A stretch of DNA of 64,000 nucleotides from Pristiophorus japonicus. Lineage: Eukaryota. The notes under the pieces are model-generated. The model saw only the letters and a program-made list of their open reading frames with translations. It searched no databases and was not told the origin of the DNA. Position 1 is the first letter of the stretch, and each line of letters starts with the position of its first letter. Below are positions 60,870-64,000 of the stretch, piece by piece. The stretch spans positions 12,276,001 through 12,340,000 of the forward strand of contig NC_091998.1 of the NCBI RefSeq assembly GCF_044704955.1, given 5' to 3'. Made by a program: the position numbers and the translations under genes.

Positions 60870-62879
60870 AGACCTCTGGGGAGGCGTAGGGTTAGGGAAA
60901 GCCAACTCCAGCGGTACCTTGCTCCTGACAAAATCCTGGAACACAACAGTGTCATCAACAGTGTTTCTCCAGAAGGACAAGTACAAGGCATCGTGGCAAC
61001 ACAATCGCTCCACGCAATGGCACCTGCTCGACTAAGTCATCGTCCGAGCGAGGGACGCACACATCACCTGCGCCATGACAGAAGTCAACGACTGCTGGAC
61101 GGACCATCGCCTAATCCATTCCGTCATCAACATTAATATAGCCCCAAAGCGAAGGCGGCAACAAAAGCAATGCCGCAGAAAAATCAACGTCGGGGCACTC
61201 AAAGACCCAGTTGAGAGCCCTATACAGCCAGCGTCTCACTGCCAAACTGGCAACCCCCAATGACCAAGATGCAGAATATCCACAGCACTTGGTCTGCCCT
61301 CCAGGCCACCATAACCAGTGCCTGCGAAGAGGCGCTCGGTCATTCAACCAGGAAACACCAGAACTGGTCTGATGAGAATGAGCAGGAGATCCAAGAGCTA
61401 ATAAACCGCAAGCGCAGAGCATTTCTGAACCTAAAGCAACAACCCAACTCGGGAGCAGCAAAGCAGCTCTACGGACAGCTGAAGGCCGAGGTTCAATAAA
61501 AAACACGCAATCTAAAGAATAGATGGTGGGTGGAGAAAGCACAGGAGATTCAGCAGTTGGCCGACAGCCATGATGTGCAACGATTCTTCACCGCAGTTAA
61601 GTCCACCCACAGCCCTCGCACCCAAGGCCCCACCCCACTGCTGGCCAAGAATGGGGAGACACACATCAAGGACACCGAGGCAGTCAGGGCCTGTTGAAAG
61701 GAGTAATTCGAAGATCTCCTTAATTGAGACTCCGTCTGACACGAGTGTCCGACTCCAGCCCGCAGCATGCTATCCGCCACCATCTCAGCAAAACCCCAGC
61801 CCTGCACGAGGTAGAAAAGGCCATCTGTCAGCTCAAGAACAAAGCATCAGGAGCAGATGGAATCCCTGCTGAGGCACTAAAGTATGCTGGAGAGGCACTA
61901 TTGGTGTGAATGCATGACCTCATCTCGCTCATCTGGAAGGAGGAGTGCATACCTAGAGATCTAAGATATGCCGTTATAATAACCATCTTTAAAAGGGGGA
62001 GGCAAGTCCGACTGTGGCAACTGCAGAGAAATCATCCTGTTGTCGGCCACTGGGAAAGTCATCGCTAGAATCCTCCTCAACCGCCTTCTCCCTGTGGCTG
62101 AGGAGCTTCTCGCAGAGTCACAATGTGGACTCCATCCACTACGGGGTACAACGGACACGATCGTCATGGTGCAAGAGAAATGCAGGGAACAGCACCAACC
62201 CTTGTACATGGCCGCCTTTGACCTCACAAAGGCCTTTGACACTTAACCGCGAGGGACTATGGAGCATCCTTCTCCATTTCAGCTGCCCCCAAAAGGTTGT
62301 CGACATCCTCCACCTGCTCCACGACGACATCCAAGCAGTGATCCTGACCAATGGATCCACCACAGACCCAATCCAAGTTCGGACCGGGGTGAAGCAGGGC
62401 TGAGTCATCATGCCAACCCTCTTAATCTTCCTCGCTGCAATGCTCCATCTCACGCCCAACAAGTTCCCTGCTGGAGTGGAACTAAGCTATAGAACCAGTG
62501 GAAACCTGTTCAACCGTAGTCGCCTCCAGACTAGATCTTCGGTCATCAAACTACAATACGTGGATGCGCTTGCATCTGTGCAGAGGCTGAACTCCAAGCC
62601 ATCGTCAACATCTTGACCGAGGCATAAGAAAGCATGGGCCTTACACTAAACATCTGTAAGACAAAGGTCCTCCACCAACCTGACCCCTGCCACACAGCAC
62701 TGCTCCCCAGTCATCAAAATCCACATCAAAATTGGACAAAGTGGACCACCTTCCATACCGAGAGCCTACTATCAACAAGGGCAGACATCGATGTCTAGGT
62801 CCAACACTGCCTCCAGTGCGCCAGCGCAGCCTTCGGTAGTGTTTGAAGACCAGGACCTCAAATCTGGCACCAAGCTTAC
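60870..62879 (+). mobile_element. Degenerate RTE LINE (endonuclease end + RT) in cyclophilin intron 4
   Basis: WHLLD, CWTDHRLI, KASGADGIPAE, GKVIARILLNRL, DLTKAFD and GVKQG motifs with many frameshifts. Confidence 0.88.
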
Positions 62880-64000
62880 GGGGACGTCGGAGCGGCCTAT
62901 AAAAGGCCAGCTGGTGCAGCTGCAGCAGGGAGAGAAGGCAAAAAAGTAGAAAGAAATCAAAAGGTGACATCACAGTCAAGGAGGTAAGTGATTGGTGAGT
63001 AGTTTTTCTTTTTCTTTATCAGTAAGTAACCTTTAGCATTGTTGTTGCCAAATTAATGGGCTAGGAGCTAAATTAAAAAGTAGGACCTCAAAAGTAGTAA
63101 TCTCAGGATTGTTACCAGTGCCACGTGCTAGTCAGAGTAGGAATTGCAGGATTGCTCAGTGAATACGTGGCTTGAGGAGTGATGCACAAGGGAGGGATTC
63201 AAATTCCTGGGACATTGGAACCGGTTCTGGGGGAGGTGGGACCAGTACAAACCGGACGGTCTACACCTGGGCAGGATCGGAACCAGTGTCCTAGGGGGAA
63301 TATTTGCTTGTGCTGTTGGGGAGGGGTTAAACTAATGTGGCAGGGGGATGGGAACCTATGCAGGGAAACAGAGGGAAGTAGAATTGGGGCAGAAGCAAAA
63401 GATAGAAAGGAGAATAGTAAAAGTGGTGGGCAGAGAAACCCAAGGCAAAAAGCAAAGAGGACCACATTACAGCAAAATTCTAAAAGGGCAAAGGGTGTTA
63501 AAAAGTCAAGCCTGAAGGCTCTGAGCATTCGCAATAAAGTGGACGAATTAACTGCGTAGATAGCAGTCAACGGATATGATGCAATTGGCATCACGTAGAC
63601 AAGACTCCAGGGTGACCAAGGCTCAACATCCAGGGGTATTCAACATTTAGGAAGGATAGACAGAAAGGAACAGGAGGCAGGGTGGCGTTGCTGGTTAAAG
63701 AGGAAATTAATGCAATAGTAAGGAAGGACATTAGCTTGGATGATGTGGAATCGGTATGGGTGGAGCTACAGAATACGCTAGTGGGAGTTGTGTACAGACC
63801 ACCAAACAGTAGTGAGGTTGGGAACAGCATCAAGCAAGAAATTAGGGATGCATGCAATAAAGGGACAGCAGTCATCATAGGCGACTTTAATCTACATATT
63901 GATTGGGCTAACCAAACTGGTAGCAATGCGGTGGAGGAAGATTTCCTGGAGTGCATTAGGGATGGTTTTCTAGACCAATATGTCGAGGAGCCAACGATAG
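62880..64000 (+). mobile_element. CR1 5' portion with most of ORF1 deleted; runs off the window
   Basis: GGCCTATAAAAGG 5' end and UTR cassette, then a jump at about 63057 to the ORF1 3' third, followed by degenerate APE. Confidence 0.9.

Overview
Eukaryotic, repeat-dense DNA, most likely from a cartilaginous fish (shark-type CR1 LINEs, Deu-domain SINEs, Tx1, RTE and Mag-like Gypsy elements), with a 502-bp assembly gap at 13787-14288. More than half the window is retrotransposon sequence. It includes two nested insertion piles that can be rebuilt from junctions and target-site duplications (3200-13786 and 26960-41082). The only recognisable host genes are two tandem minus-strand cyclophilin A/D-type peptidyl-prolyl isomerase copies: a complete but disrupted six-exon copy (55362-50827) and the two intact last exons of a second copy (60579-60280). 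There is also an orphan CpG-rich promoter and first exon near 25.7 kb. The most interesting signal is a conserved N_TTA_AAC-stop slippery site followed by G-runs at the ORF1/ORF2 overlap of five CR1 copies from two families, which suggests programmed -1 frameshifting. CR1 5' ends also carry swappable TATA-containing monomer arrays and a conserved splice-signal cassette. No prokaryotic systems or CRISPR arrays are present.
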